Below, in pieces: positions 26,042 through 36,305 of a DNA stretch of 64,000 nt (its first letter is position 1; each line of letters begins with the position of its first letter). The position numbers were made by a program, and so were the translations under genes. The notes under the pieces are model-generated. The model did no database searches. It saw only the letters and a program-made list of their open reading frames with translations, and had not been told where the DNA came from. Origin of the DNA: an uncultured Clostridia bacterium (GTDB lineage: Bacteria > Bacillota > Clostridia > Christensenellales > UBA1242); NCBI GenBank assembly GCA_944372505.1, contig CALVZK010000002.1:44692-108691 (forward strand). Direction: 5' to 3'.

Positions 26042-27177
26042 TTACTTCAAAAATTGATAAAACGCTTTTATTTATTGTGCAAACATTAAAGGAAAATCAT
26101 AAATTTGAATGTATAATTAAAGCGAATGATTACATAAGACTAAAGAAAATTTTAATCAATAGAAAAATCATTATAATAAAAGAGTATCCATTTATTAATG
26201 CTTTTTTAGTATCTTTAAACAAAAAACAGATTTCTCAACTTTCTGTTTTTAGTCAGGTAAAACATATATGTGCAATTTCAAAAGCATCTGCTCTTATGAA
26301 TATTGCTAAAAAAATAATGTGCGTTGATGAGTTACCATTAACTGGCGAAAATATTGGAATAGCATTTATAGATACGGGTATCAAACAACATGCGGATTTT
26401 ATTTTAGGCAAAAATAGAATAGCTTTTTTTAAAGATTTTATAAATAACAAAGATAAAATTTATGATGATAATGGTCATGGGACTTTTGTTGCCGGTGTTG
26501 CTAGTGGCAATGGTGCATTAAGTGCAGGACAATATAGTGGTATTGCTCCAAAATCGAGTATAATATCATTAAAAGCATTGAATAATTTAGGTGAAGCGTC
26601 CGCAGATAAAATATTGGAAGCAATGGAGTGGGTCTATGAAAATTGCAACCAGTATAATATAAAGGTAATATGTATGAGTTTTGGCTCTGATCCACTTGGA
26701 TTTAATGATCCAATTATGAGTGGGGCTGAAGCCTTATGGAGCAAAGGTGTAGTTGTTGTAGCGGCAGCGGGAAATAGCGGACCAGAGTACCAAACAATTA
26801 AAAGTCCTGGCGTATCTAGCAAAATAATTACGGTTGGAGGATTTAATGACAACCGATATGATAACTTAAATTTTAATGAAAAATTTTTTGAAATTGCTGA
26901 ATTTTCATCAAGGGGACCTGCTTTTTCAAGGTTTAAGCCAGACTTAGTTGCACCTGCGGTAGATATAATTTCATGTGGAATAGAAAAAGATTATGTCTCT
27001 TTAAGTGGAACTAGTGTAGCTACACCTATGATTGCAGGTATTTGTGCTTTAATTTTACAAGAAAATCCAACATTAAAACCAAATGAAGTAAAAAGAATTT
27101 TGCTTTCTAAATGTAAACCAATTATTTTCAATAAAAACGTAGAGGGTTTTGGTTATCCTTATTTACATAAGTTTTAA
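26038..27177 (+). CDS. Subtilisin-like serine protease (S8 family)
   Basis: Catalytic triad contexts IAFIDTGI, DDNGHGTFVAG, SGTSVATPMIAG. Confidence 0.88.
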   Translation: MITSKIDKTLLFIVQTLKENHKFECIIKANDYIRLKKILINRKIIIIKEYPFINAFLVSLNKKQISQLSVFSQVKHICAISKASALMNIAKKIMCVDELPLTGENIGIAFIDTGIKQHADFILGKNRIAFFKDFINNKDKIYDDNGHGTFVAGVASGNGALSAGQYSGIAPKSSIISLKALNNLGEASADKILEAMEWVYENCNQYNIKVICMSFGSDPLGFNDPIMSGAEALWSKGVVVVAAAGNSGPEYQTIKSPGVSSKIITVGGFNDNRYDNLNFNEKFFEIAEFSSRGPAFSRFKPDLVAPAVDIISCGIEKDYVSLSGTSVATPMIAGICALILQENPTLKPNEVKRILLSKCKPIIFNKNVEGFGYPYLHKF

Positions 27178-27288
27178 TAAACAAGATTAATTTATTTTTA
27201 TTTTTTTTATTTTTGTTATAATATAAATATAGAAAATTTTTGCTTTTTAACTATGAATTTTGTCATTTTCAAATAAAAAAGGGTTATT

Positions 27289-30200
27289 ATGCTAAAAAAA
27301 TATGGTTTAGTTATATTGTTTAGTATATTTATCATGCTGGCAGGGGTGATGCTTTTATCGTTACAAGATGAAATTAAAAAAGTAGACCAAAATATAGAAG
27401 ATGATATAGAAGATGGACAAGAAGCAGATGCCGAAACTGCAAGTGTAGGGTTTACAATTACTAATGTTTATGGTACCCAAAATAATAGTGATTTAGGTGC
27501 AACATTTAATTATAAATTAAGAGTTATGCAAATTATAGGCAAGGAACATGATAGTGCTTCTGGAACAACAAATACTACAGGTACAATAAGGAAAAATTTA
27601 TCTTCATTGGCAGCAATGAAAACTAGAACTTTAGGTTTATCATACAATTATCTTAAGCCCACAGCAGCAAAAGGATTAGTAAAAATATCAAAAATTACAG
27701 GAGATAATGGTTCTGGACGTGAATGGATTGAGGATAATCTTTTAAATATAAATGCTTATGTTTTTTCAGCTGAAGTCAATGTTGGGAAACATACAGATCC
27801 AAACACTTTTTCTAATATAAAAATATACTGGATAATAGAATGTCCTTTAAACAACAATTCTGGTACAGGAGGTAGTACAACAGTACAATATGACACATAT
27901 AATAACACAGCGACATCTATAACATTGCCTACCAAAACGGGATATACGTTTAAAGGATATTATACTTCAACAAGTGGAGGGACGCAAGTAATCAATCAAA
28001 ACGGAAATTGGCAATGGAGTAGCGATAGTGCTTATCCTACTACTTTATATGCACAATGGGAGCCAGCAACATATAAAGTAAATATAAATATTTTAAGTCC
28101 AAATGGAGTAGAAGATTATAATTCAGGGAGTATTAGTTGGACTAATTATTGGGGCTCTTATACTGGTACAAATGAAGATGTGCAAGATGGAAAATCTAAT
28201 TGCACAAGGACAGGATCTAGTTTTACAATTACCAATATTTCTCCAGCACAATACATGAAAACAGGTAGTGTAAAGTACTATTATGACAACATAGATACAA
28301 CAAGGGTAGATATGACTAAGTCAGGTAAGAATTATATATTACCTAGTAGTTTTAATTTTAATCCTAGTGGCGGATTTGATATAACAATAGAAATAAAAAT
28401 GTTATATGATAATTATACACTAACATTTAATGGAAACAAAGGAGATCCTTCTATTCATTCCAAATCAGTGCAATATGGACAGCCTTTTGGGACATTGCCA
28501 ACGGCAACGAGATTGGGCTATAATTTTGTTGGGTGGTTTACAGAATTTTCAGGTGGTAGTCAAGTAACGGAATCTACAATTATGGATTCTGCAGGTAAAA
28601 CAGTATATGCCCATTGGCAAGCTAAATCATATCAAGCGACATTTGACGACCAAGGAGGAAAAACAAATTTTGTAGATATGTCAAATGTAAAGAGTGGAAC
28701 GATAACTAATAGTGGAAGTGTTACAACATTAGTAACAGGTGGGTTAACGTATACATACGATACAAGCACAAATATATTAACAGTGAACGGTACTCAAACA
28801 GCAAGTACAGTATTTTCATTTGCAATCATAAATGATTTGGTAGCAGGAGATGAATATACATTAACGATGGAGTATATAAGTGGAACGCCATATACAACAA
28901 ATGGATGTGAAGTATTAGAAGTATACAATAAATCAATACAAACTTTGCCAGAGAGAAATAAGTATGATTTTAATTTTCCGGCAAGCGGGAAAACAAGTAT
29001 AACATTAAAAATCACAGAGTATGCCCAAGAGAACGGATATGCTTTAGCATGTAGGATGTGGAGAAATACAGAAAACAGAGTATTTAATAATTACAAAGTA
29101 AAGTTTACAATAACACAGAAGACAGGAGAAGCGAAAAAAGTAAGAGATGTGACATATGATTCAGTATTGACGCCAGTATCGATACCGACGAAATATGGAT
29201 ATAATTTTGCAGGATATTATACACAAGCAAATGGTAAAGGGGAACAATATTATGATTCTACAGGTAAAGCATTCAATAATAAAACATGGGATATTGCAAA
29301 TAATGCAACGCTATATGCGAAATGGACAGCAAAAACAAACTGCGTATTAACATTTAATGCAAATGGAGGGAAAGTTTCTCCATCAAGTAGAAATCAAACA
29401 TATAATGCGGTACTTGGTACATTGCCAATACCAACAAAACCGGGATATATGTTTACAGGATGGTACACAAGCACTAGTGGAGGGAGTGAAGTTACCTCAT
29501 CAACAAAAATGACTTCTTTAACAATGACAATATATGCACATTGGGCGGAGACATGGGCAGCTAAAGGAAATTATTCAGAAGTATTATACATTGATACAGA
29601 TGGATATTTTCAAATAGCAAGTGCTGAAGATTTAGCAAGATTGATTTTTTTGATTAATTATACAACACGTTCAGACGTGCTAACATTTAAATATAAATTA
29701 ACAAATCACATAGACATGTCAAAATACTATTGGGAGCCAATAGGAACGGCTTCGCGACCATTTTCAAGCGCATTCAATGGGAATGGGTATACGATATATG
29801 GAATACATACAATATCGCAAAGTTTAAGAAGAGATAATGGTGGAGATAATAGTGGTCTATTTGGAGTAACAAAAAATGCGGCAATATCCAATTTACACAT
29901 AAAAGATGCAGAAATAAATGGGAAGAATAGTGTAGGTGGAATAATAGGTTCAGCGACAAACAGTACGATAAAGTCAGTAGCAATAGAAGGACAAATAAAC
30001 GGACAGGCAAATATAGGAGGAATAGCAGGTACATCATCAGGGACAACAATAAATGATTGTTTAATAATAATAACAGGAACAACAAGTTCAACTAATAATG
30101 GATTATACACAGGATCAGCTACGTTAAATAACACACTATATAGAATAAATGGTATACAAGGAAAAAGCAGTGGAACATTTGAAAATTGGGTGTATGTAGA

Positions 30201-30795
30201 TAACATGGAATATCCATTGCCATCAGGATTGTCATGGCTTGCAAGTGGAGGAGAAATAGACGACAAAATATTAAAACTATGGTCAGCAACAAATCTAATA
30301 CCAAATGGAGATATGGAAGGGACAGGCTGGAATGTAAATGGAAGTAGTATGAGCTATACAAAAGAAAAAGCATATAGTGGAGAATATTCAGTAAAAATAA
30401 TTGGGACGACATCAGTGGAAGAAGTTTTACTGCAAACAAGTACAGGAATAGTATTAGATCCGAGCCATAAATATTATGTAAGTATATACGGATATCAAGA
30501 TCAAAAAATAGGGAATGAAAGTGTCGATTGTTATTGGCCAATAGCAGAGCCTCATATGGGATCAATATCAAGTAAAAGTGCAGGACAATGGCAACATTAT
30601 TCATGGTTAGTGACAAGAACAAGTTTCACAAGTGGGACATATCCATTAAGATTTGACTTTAACAATCAAAAATTAAATACAACGATATATTATGATAATG
30701 CAAAAATGATAGATTTGACAGCAATATTTGGAGCAGGGAATGAACCAAGCCAAGCATGGCTTGATGAGCATGCGTATCTAATTAGTTTAACATGA
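27289..30795 (+). CDS. 1168-aa surface protein: Listeria-Bacteroides-type repeats + GLUG-like region + C-terminal CBM-like domain
   Basis: N-terminal TM/signal. Four G-Y-x-F-x-G-[WY]-[YF]T....G....YA[HKQ]W repeats. FNGNGYTIYG.., SGLFGV, VGGIIGS, IGGIAGT. C-terminal NLIPNGDMEGTGWN. Confidence 0.7.
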   Translation: MLKKYGLVILFSIFIMLAGVMLLSLQDEIKKVDQNIEDDIEDGQEADAETASVGFTITNVYGTQNNSDLGATFNYKLRVMQIIGKEHDSASGTTNTTGTIRKNLSSLAAMKTRTLGLSYNYLKPTAAKGLVKISKITGDNGSGREWIEDNLLNINAYVFSAEVNVGKHTDPNTFSNIKIYWIIECPLNNNSGTGGSTTVQYDTYNNTATSITLPTKTGYTFKGYYTSTSGGTQVINQNGNWQWSSDSAYPTTLYAQWEPATYKVNINILSPNGVEDYNSGSISWTNYWGSYTGTNEDVQDGKSNCTRTGSSFTITNISPAQYMKTGSVKYYYDNIDTTRVDMTKSGKNYILPSSFNFNPSGGFDITIEIKMLYDNYTLTFNGNKGDPSIHSKSVQYGQPFGTLPTATRLGYNFVGWFTEFSGGSQVTESTIMDSAGKTVYAHWQAKSYQATFDDQGGKTNFVDMSNVKSGTITNSGSVTTLVTGGLTYTYDTSTNILTVNGTQTASTVFSFAIINDLVAGDEYTLTMEYISGTPYTTNGCEVLEVYNKSIQTLPERNKYDFNFPASGKTSITLKITEYAQENGYALACRMWRNTENRVFNNYKVKFTITQKTGEAKKVRDVTYDSVLTPVSIPTKYGYNFAGYYTQANGKGEQYYDSTGKAFNNKTWDIANNATLYAKWTAKTNCVLTFNANGGKVSPSSRNQTYNAVLGTLPIPTKPGYMFTGWYTSTSGGSEVTSSTKMTSLTMTIYAHWAETWAAKGNYSEVLYIDTDGYFQIASAEDLARLIFLINYTTRSDVLTFKYKLTNHIDMSKYYWEPIGTASRPFSSAFNGNGYTIYGIHTISQSLRRDNGGDNSGLFGVTKNAAISNLHIKDAEINGKNSVGGIIGSATNSTIKSVAIEGQINGQANIGGIAGTSSGTTINDCLIIITGTTSSTNNGLYTGSATLNNTLYRINGIQGKSSGTFENWVYVDNMEYPLPSGLSWLASGGEIDDKILKLWSATNLIPNGDMEGTGWNVNGSSMSYTKEKAYSGEYSVKIIGTTSVEEVLLQTSTGIVLDPSHKYYVSIYGYQDQKIGNESVDCYWPIAEPHMGSISSKSAGQWQHYSWLVTRTSFTSGTYPLRFDFNNQKLNTTIYYDNAKMIDLTAIFGAGNEPSQAWLDEHAYLISLT

Positions 30796-30916
30796 TATAT
30801 AGATTAATAGAATTTATTGAAATATAAAACTATAAAAGAGTTGATTATAAAAATCTTCTCTTTTTTTTCTTGCAAATATATATTTTTTAAAATTTTTAAT
30901 TTTTTGGCAAAAATAG

Positions 30917-30945
30917 TTGACTATTTTTTTTAAATTGCATATACT
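30917..30945 (+). promoter_or_regulatory. Sigma-A-type promoter of the hrcA operon
   Basis: TTGACT - 17 nt - TATACT, immediately upstream of CIRCE. Confidence 0.6.
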
Positions 30946-30949
30946 ATTG

Positions 30950-30976
30950 CTAGCACTTAAAGTTATAGAGTGCTAA
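30950..30976. promoter_or_regulatory. CIRCE operator (HrcA binding site)
   Basis: CTAGCACTT-N9-GAGTGCTAA versus the consensus TTAGCACTC-N9-GAGTGCTAA. Confidence 0.85.
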
Positions 30977-30996
30977 AAAGTCGAAAAGAGGTCGTT

Positions 30997-31998
30997 ATGG
31001 AGTTATCACCACGTAAAAAGAAAATTCTTTGTATGGCTGTTGAAGAATATATAAAAGACTGTGCCCCTATCACTAGTGGAAATATTAAAGATGTCACTAG
31101 TCTTGATTGTTCTACTGCAACCTTAAGAAGCGAGTTGAATGCTCTTGAAGCAATGGGATTTTTAAAACAACTTCATACTTCTGGTGGAAGAGTTCCTACC
31201 GCACAAGGTTATAGATATTATGTTGAAAATTTATTATCTACAACTACTGCTAATAATAGTGAACTCGATGAAGTTAAAAATTTAATTTCTAATAAAACGC
31301 GAAGTTTAAGTGAAATTGTATCAGGTATTGCCAAAATTGTTAGTCAAAAAACAAATTATCCCACTGTTATAATGCTTGATGGAGTTGATAATTTAATTTT
31401 GAATGATTTTAAAATTATTCCACTTTTAGAGGATAAATTAATGGTTTTGATTGGTACAATGGCAGGATATATAAACCAAACTCTTGATGTTAAAGCTTCT
31501 ATTGAAGATTGTGACAATGCTTCTCGATATTTGACTAATCATTTTAAAGGAGAAACAATTGGTTTTATGATTGACAATATTGAGGATTATGAAAATGGAA
31601 TGAGGGGAGAAATCTCGGCTTTTGAAAATGTAGTTAATTCTCTTATCGGTGGATTAAAAAAGTTAAATAGCATAAAGCAATTCAATGTTAGACATGAGGG
31701 AACTGCAAAATTATTAGAAAACAACGACCAGATTGAAGATGCAAAACAAGTTATTAATGTTTTAAATAACGAAGAAGAACTTTCCTCAATAATGAAAATG
31801 AAAGGGAATGATGATATTGAAGTAACTGTTGCACAAGAAAACGATGCAAAATGTTCGGTTGTAAAAGCTCCTATTTGTTTTGGGGGAAAAATGCTTGCTT
31901 CCATTGGAGTTATTGGTCCGCAACGAATGGACTATGCAGGAATTGCATCTGCATTAAAAGTTGTTATTGATAGCCTTAATAACTTAAAAGGAGAATAA
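30997..31998 (+). CDS. hrcA: Heat-inducible transcription repressor HrcA
   Basis: LSPRKKKILCMAVEEYI...PITSGNI. Operon position. The GTG at 30970 lies inside CIRCE, so the ATG at 30997 is preferred. Confidence 0.9.
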   Translation: MELSPRKKKILCMAVEEYIKDCAPITSGNIKDVTSLDCSTATLRSELNALEAMGFLKQLHTSGGRVPTAQGYRYYVENLLSTTTANNSELDEVKNLISNKTRSLSEIVSGIAKIVSQKTNYPTVIMLDGVDNLILNDFKIIPLLEDKLMVLIGTMAGYINQTLDVKASIEDCDNASRYLTNHFKGETIGFMIDNIEDYENGMRGEISAFENVVNSLIGGLKKLNSIKQFNVRHEGTAKLLENNDQIEDAKQVINVLNNEEELSSIMKMKGNDDIEVTVAQENDAKCSVVKAPICFGGKMLASIGVIGPQRMDYAGIASALKVVIDSLNNLKGE

Positions 31999-32640
31999 AT
32001 GGCACATAATAAAAAAGAGGATAATTTAGAAAATATTATATCTAACGAAGATGTTACTGATTTAAATGATAATTCTAACAAAGAAGAAGATATTACTAAT
32101 GATCAAGATGTTGATTTAAATAAAGATTTGGATAACAATGAATGTGATTGTAATAGCAGTGGTACTTGTAATTGTTTAGATGATTGTGAATGCAAAGATT
32201 GTAAATGTGAAGAAAATGATAAAAATAATCAATATCTTAATCTTGCCAAGCAAATACAAGCGGATTTTGATAACTTTAGACGACATGCCGTTGAAGATAT
32301 AAAAAAATCAAGATTAGATGGTCAAATTTCTGTAATAGAAGTATTTCTACCTTGTATAGATACCTTTAAAGAAGCAAAAAAATCTATTAATGATGAAAAT
32401 ATTCTTAAAGGCATTGAAATGATTGAGGAAAACATTTTAAATGCTTTAAACAATATTGGGGTTGAAAAAATTGACTCTATTGGGGAAAAATTTGATCCAC
32501 ATCTACATAACGTTATTGCAGTTATGAAAGATGAAAATCAAGAAAACGATATCATCTTGGATGAATTCCAAGCGGGATATAAATTTAATGATAAAATAAT
32601 TAGATATGCTAAAGTCATAGTCAATAAAAAGGAGGGTTAA
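31999..32640 (+). CDS. grpE: Nucleotide exchange factor GrpE with Cys-rich N-terminal insertion
   Basis: C-terminal GrpE core (FDNFRRH...., [10 protein letters not shown]). N-terminal acidic region contains [23 protein letters not shown]. Confidence 0.9.
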   Translation: MAHNKKEDNLENIISNEDVTDLNDNSNKEEDITNDQDVDLNKDLDNNECDCNSSGTCNCLDDCECKDCKCEENDKNNQYLNLAKQIQADFDNFRRHAVEDIKKSRLDGQISVIEVFLPCIDTFKEAKKSINDENILKGIEMIEENILNALNNIGVEKIDSIGEKFDPHLHNVIAVMKDENQENDIILDEFQAGYKFNDKIIRYAKVIVNKKEG

Positions 32641-32644
32641 AATT

Positions 32645-34489
32645 ATGGGAAAAATTATTGGAATTGACTTAGGAACTACAAATTCTTGTGTGGCTGTTAT
32701 GGAAGGTGGAAAGCCTACTGTAATTGCTAATGCTGAAGGCGATAGAACTACACCTTCAGTTGTTGCTTATACTAAAGAAGGAGAAAGGCTTGTTGGTAAA
32801 GTTGCTAAACGACAAGCTATTGTAAATGCTGAAAATACTGTTCAATCTATCAAAAGAGAGATGGGAACAAATTACAAAGTAAAATTAAATGGTAAAGATT
32901 ATACTCCGCAAGAAATATCTGCTATGATTTTGTCTAAATTAAAAGCAGATGCTGAAAGTTATCTCGGCGGAACGGTAACTCAGGCTGTTATTACAGTACC
33001 TGCATACTTCAATGATTCTCAACGTCAAGCAACTAAAGATGCTGGTAAAATTGCAGGGCTTGAAGTTTTGCGTATTATAAATGAACCTACCGCTGCGGCT
33101 CTTGCTTATGGTCTCGACAAAGGCGAAAATGCAAATCAGAAGATTTTAGTTTATGACCTTGGTGGTGGTACATTTGATGTATCAATACTAGAAATTGGTG
33201 ATGGAGTCTTTGAAGTTTTGGCTACTAATGGTAATACTAGACTTGGTGGAGACGATTTTGATAATAGAATTATTGATCAACTTGTAGAAGAATTTAAAAA
33301 GACTAATAACATTGACTTATCAAGCGATAAACTTGCTATGCAAAGATTAAAAGAAGCTGCTGAAAAAGCTAAAATTGATTTATCGGCTACTCCTAAAACT
33401 ACTATTTCATTACCATTTATTTCTGCTGATGCTACAGGACCTAAACATATGGAATATGAACTAACTAGAGCTAAATTTGATTCTATTACAGAAGATCTTG
33501 TAAAAGAAACTATTGATTGTACTATTAAAGCCCTTGCTGATGCTAAACTTGATAAAAATCAAATAGACAAAATTATTCTTGTTGGTGGTTCTACTAGAAT
33601 ACCTGCTGTGCAAGATGCAGTTAAAAACTTTATAGGGAAAGAACCTTACAAAGGAATTAACCCTGATGAATGTGTGGCAGTTGGCGCTGCTATTCAAGCA
33701 GGCGTTCTTGGAGGAGAAGTTAAAGATGTTCTTCTTCTTGATGTAACTCCTCTTTCTCTTGGAATTGAAACTTTAGGTGGAGTATTTACAAAACTTATTG
33801 AAAGAAATACTACAATTCCTACAAGAAAATCTCAAATTTTCTCAACTGCAGTTGACAATCAACCGGGCGTTGATATTCATGTTCTTCAAGGGGAAAGAGA
33901 GTTTGCAAATCAAAATAAAACTCTTGGGAGATTCCAACTCACCGACATTCCACCGGCACCAAGAGGGGTTCCTCAAATTGAAGTAACTTTTGATATTGAT
34001 GCAAACGGAATTGTTAAAGTTTCAGCAAAAGATCTTGGAACTAATAAAGAACAAAATATTACTATTACTGCATCTTCTAATTTAAAAGAAGAAGATATTG
34101 AAAAGGCTATTAAAGAAGCAGAGGCTCATGCCGAAGAAGATAAAAAGAGAAAGGAGCTTGTTGAAACTAAAAATCAAGCTGATAATTTAGTATATGGTCT
34201 TGAAAAGATGATAAAAGAAAATGGTGATAAATTACAAGAAGAAGACAAGAAAAAACTTGAAGAAGCTATAGAAAAAGCAAAAAAAGATATGGAAAGCGAG
34301 GACATTGAAGTCGTTAAAAAAGCAATTGATGAACTTACTAATGTATCTAATGGAATTGTATCAAAGATGTATCAATCAGCAAACCCTAATGGATCTGATG
34401 GCACAAATGGTTCAACCGATTCAAATAACAATGGTTCTAATGGAGACGCAAGTGATCCTGAAGTTGTTGTTGATGACGACAATAAATAA
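32645..34489 (+). CDS. dnaK: Chaperone DnaK (Hsp70)
   Basis: [24 protein letters not shown], and the rest of the protein matches the Hsp70 pattern throughout. Confidence 0.98.
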   Translation: MGKIIGIDLGTTNSCVAVMEGGKPTVIANAEGDRTTPSVVAYTKEGERLVGKVAKRQAIVNAENTVQSIKREMGTNYKVKLNGKDYTPQEISAMILSKLKADAESYLGGTVTQAVITVPAYFNDSQRQATKDAGKIAGLEVLRIINEPTAAALAYGLDKGENANQKILVYDLGGGTFDVSILEIGDGVFEVLATNGNTRLGGDDFDNRIIDQLVEEFKKTNNIDLSSDKLAMQRLKEAAEKAKIDLSATPKTTISLPFISADATGPKHMEYELTRAKFDSITEDLVKETIDCTIKALADAKLDKNQIDKIILVGGSTRIPAVQDAVKNFIGKEPYKGINPDECVAVGAAIQAGVLGGEVKDVLLLDVTPLSLGIETLGGVFTKLIERNTTIPTRKSQIFSTAVDNQPGVDIHVLQGEREFANQNKTLGRFQLTDIPPAPRGVPQIEVTFDIDANGIVKVSAKDLGTNKEQNITITASSNLKEEDIEKAIKEAEAHAEEDKKRKELVETKNQADNLVYGLEKMIKENGDKLQEEDKKKLEEAIEKAKKDMESEDIEVVKKAIDELTNVSNGIVSKMYQSANPNGSDGTNGSTDSNNNGSNGDASDPEVVVDDDNK

Positions 34490-34512
34490 TTATTAAGAGA
34501 GATTTTAATATA

Positions 34513-34848
34513 ATGGATACAAAAAATTATTTAAATAAAATAGTGACAGTAAAAATAGATAGACCGCTTGGGAGTAAACATCCCAAGCATGGTTTTGTTT
34601 ATCCAGTAAATTATGGGTTTATTCCAAATACTATCTCTGGTGATGGGGAAGAACTTGATGCATATGTAATTGGAGAGTTCGAGCCCGTTGAGAGTTTTCA
34701 TGGAGTAGTTAAAGCTATCATTCATAGACTAAATGATGACGATGATAAATTGGTTGTTATGCCAGAAGATAAAGATTATTCAGATGAGCAAATTCGAGCG
34801 CTTACTGAATTTCAAGAAAGGTTTTTTGAAAGTATAATAATTAGATAA
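34513..34848 (+). CDS. Compact inorganic-pyrophosphatase-like protein
   Basis: YPVNYGFIPNTISGDGEELDAYVIG and DDDDKLV resemble the family I PPase core. Only 111 aa. Confidence 0.6.
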   Translation: MDTKNYLNKIVTVKIDRPLGSKHPKHGFVYPVNYGFIPNTISGDGEELDAYVIGEFEPVESFHGVVKAIIHRLNDDDDKLVVMPEDKDYSDEQIRALTEFQERFFESIIIR

Positions 34849-35102
34849 TAAATATTAATATTAAAACATAATTTTTCTTAGATAAAAAGATAACACAAAC
34901 ATTTAACTTAACGGAGAAACCAGTGGAACTGATCAAGATGCATGTGTTTTAGGAAATGAATGTTTTTTCGCGTAAAATTTATAAAAAATGCAATTTTTTC
35001 AGCATCAAAAAATTCCGTAGATTTAGAAATTTTAAAAAATATATACATGCGTAATTTTGGAAAAGATAGTATAGTGGATATTATATAATAGAGGAATATA
35101 AA

Positions 35103-36224
35103 ATGGCAAATAAAGATTATTATTCAATTCTTGGAGTTGATAAGTCAGCAAGTGAAGATGAAATAAAATCTGCATATAGAAGACTTGCAAAAAAATATCA
35201 TCCTGATTTAAATAAAACTCCGGAAGCAGCAGAAAAATTCAAAGATATTAATGAAGCCTACGAGGTACTTGGAGATCCAAAGAAAAGATCAAATTATGAC
35301 CAGTTTGGTTCTGCAGAAGGAAATCCTTTTTCAGGTGGCGGTAGTGGCGGATTTGGTGACTTCTTTGGCGGAAATGGCGGAGGATTTTCCGACATATTTT
35401 CTGATATATTTTCTGCTTTTGGTGGTGGAAGAGGTGACAGTCAAATTCGAGAAAAAGGTCAAGACATAAATTTATCTATAAATCTTTCTTTTGAAGAAGC
35501 TGCTTTTGGTGTAGAAAAGAGTATTACTGTTGGAAAATTAGAAAAATGTAGTTCATGTCAAGGTACTGGCGCCAAAAATGGCAAAGAGTTCTCGATATGC
35601 CCAGAGTGTAATGGTACTGGAAGGGTAAGATATCAGCAAAATACTCTTTTTGGAACTACTATAAGAGAAGCTGGCTGTCCAAAATGTAATGCTACAGGAA
35701 AAATAATTAAAGAGAAGTGCAGTGAATGTAATGGTAAAGGATATCAAAAAGTAAATAAAACTATAAAAGTTAAATTTCCTGCAGGTATTGACAACGGTCA
35801 GACTTTACGCATGAGAGGCGAAGGAAATGCTCCTACAAGACAAGGTGTTAATGGAGACTTAAACATAAAAGTTCAAGTTATGCCACATAAAATATTAGTT
35901 AGAAAGGGTGATGACTTATTTATGGATTTATATTTGCCATTTACTATGCTTTTATTAGGGACTAAAATAGATGTCCCTGTAGTTAACGGCACGTATCAAT
36001 TAACTATACCAGAATTGACTTCAAGTGGAACTGTTATGAGAATTAAGGGTAAAGGTATCAAACATTTGAATAGAGATGGATACGGTGATTTACTTGTAAC
36101 AATTAAATCAGAGCCACCTAAAAGTTTAGACAAACAAACCAAAGAATTAATACAAAAACTTGCTACTGAAATTGGCGATAACTCATATACAAAATACAAT
36201 AACTTTTTAAAAAAAATGAAATAA
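35103..36224 (+). CDS. dnaJ: Chaperone DnaJ
   Basis: J domain (YYSILGV...KKYHPD), G/F region, four CxxCxGxG zinc motifs. Confidence 0.97.
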   Translation: MANKDYYSILGVDKSASEDEIKSAYRRLAKKYHPDLNKTPEAAEKFKDINEAYEVLGDPKKRSNYDQFGSAEGNPFSGGGSGGFGDFFGGNGGGFSDIFSDIFSAFGGGRGDSQIREKGQDINLSINLSFEEAAFGVEKSITVGKLEKCSSCQGTGAKNGKEFSICPECNGTGRVRYQQNTLFGTTIREAGCPKCNATGKIIKEKCSECNGKGYQKVNKTIKVKFPAGIDNGQTLRMRGEGNAPTRQGVNGDLNIKVQVMPHKILVRKGDDLFMDLYLPFTMLLLGTKIDVPVVNGTYQLTIPELTSSGTVMRIKGKGIKHLNRDGYGDLLVTIKSEPPKSLDKQTKELIQKLATEIGDNSYTKYNNFLKKMK

Positions 36225-36233
36225 ATTTAATAT

Positions 36234-36262
36234 AGACATCAAAAAAATGATGTCTTTTTTTT
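36234..36262 (+). terminator. Rho-independent terminator after dnaJ
   Basis: AGACATCA-AAAAAA-TGATGTCT hairpin plus T8. Confidence 0.75.
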
Positions 36263-36305
36263 GACAAAAATTACTTTTAATATATAATATTATAAAGGAA
36301 TATAT

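Noticed and set aside
29727-30622. Long antisense ORFs (179, 105 and 167 aa) inside the 1168-aa surface protein gene.
   Set aside because: These are consequences of the purine-rich sense strand, which has few TTA/CTA/TCA triplets. The translations are Leu/Phe-rich low complexity and no RBS is present. Other short antisense ORFs in the track are rejected on the same reasoning, for example 1656-1874, 4288-4608, 19569-19931, 39561-39995 and 61751-62014.
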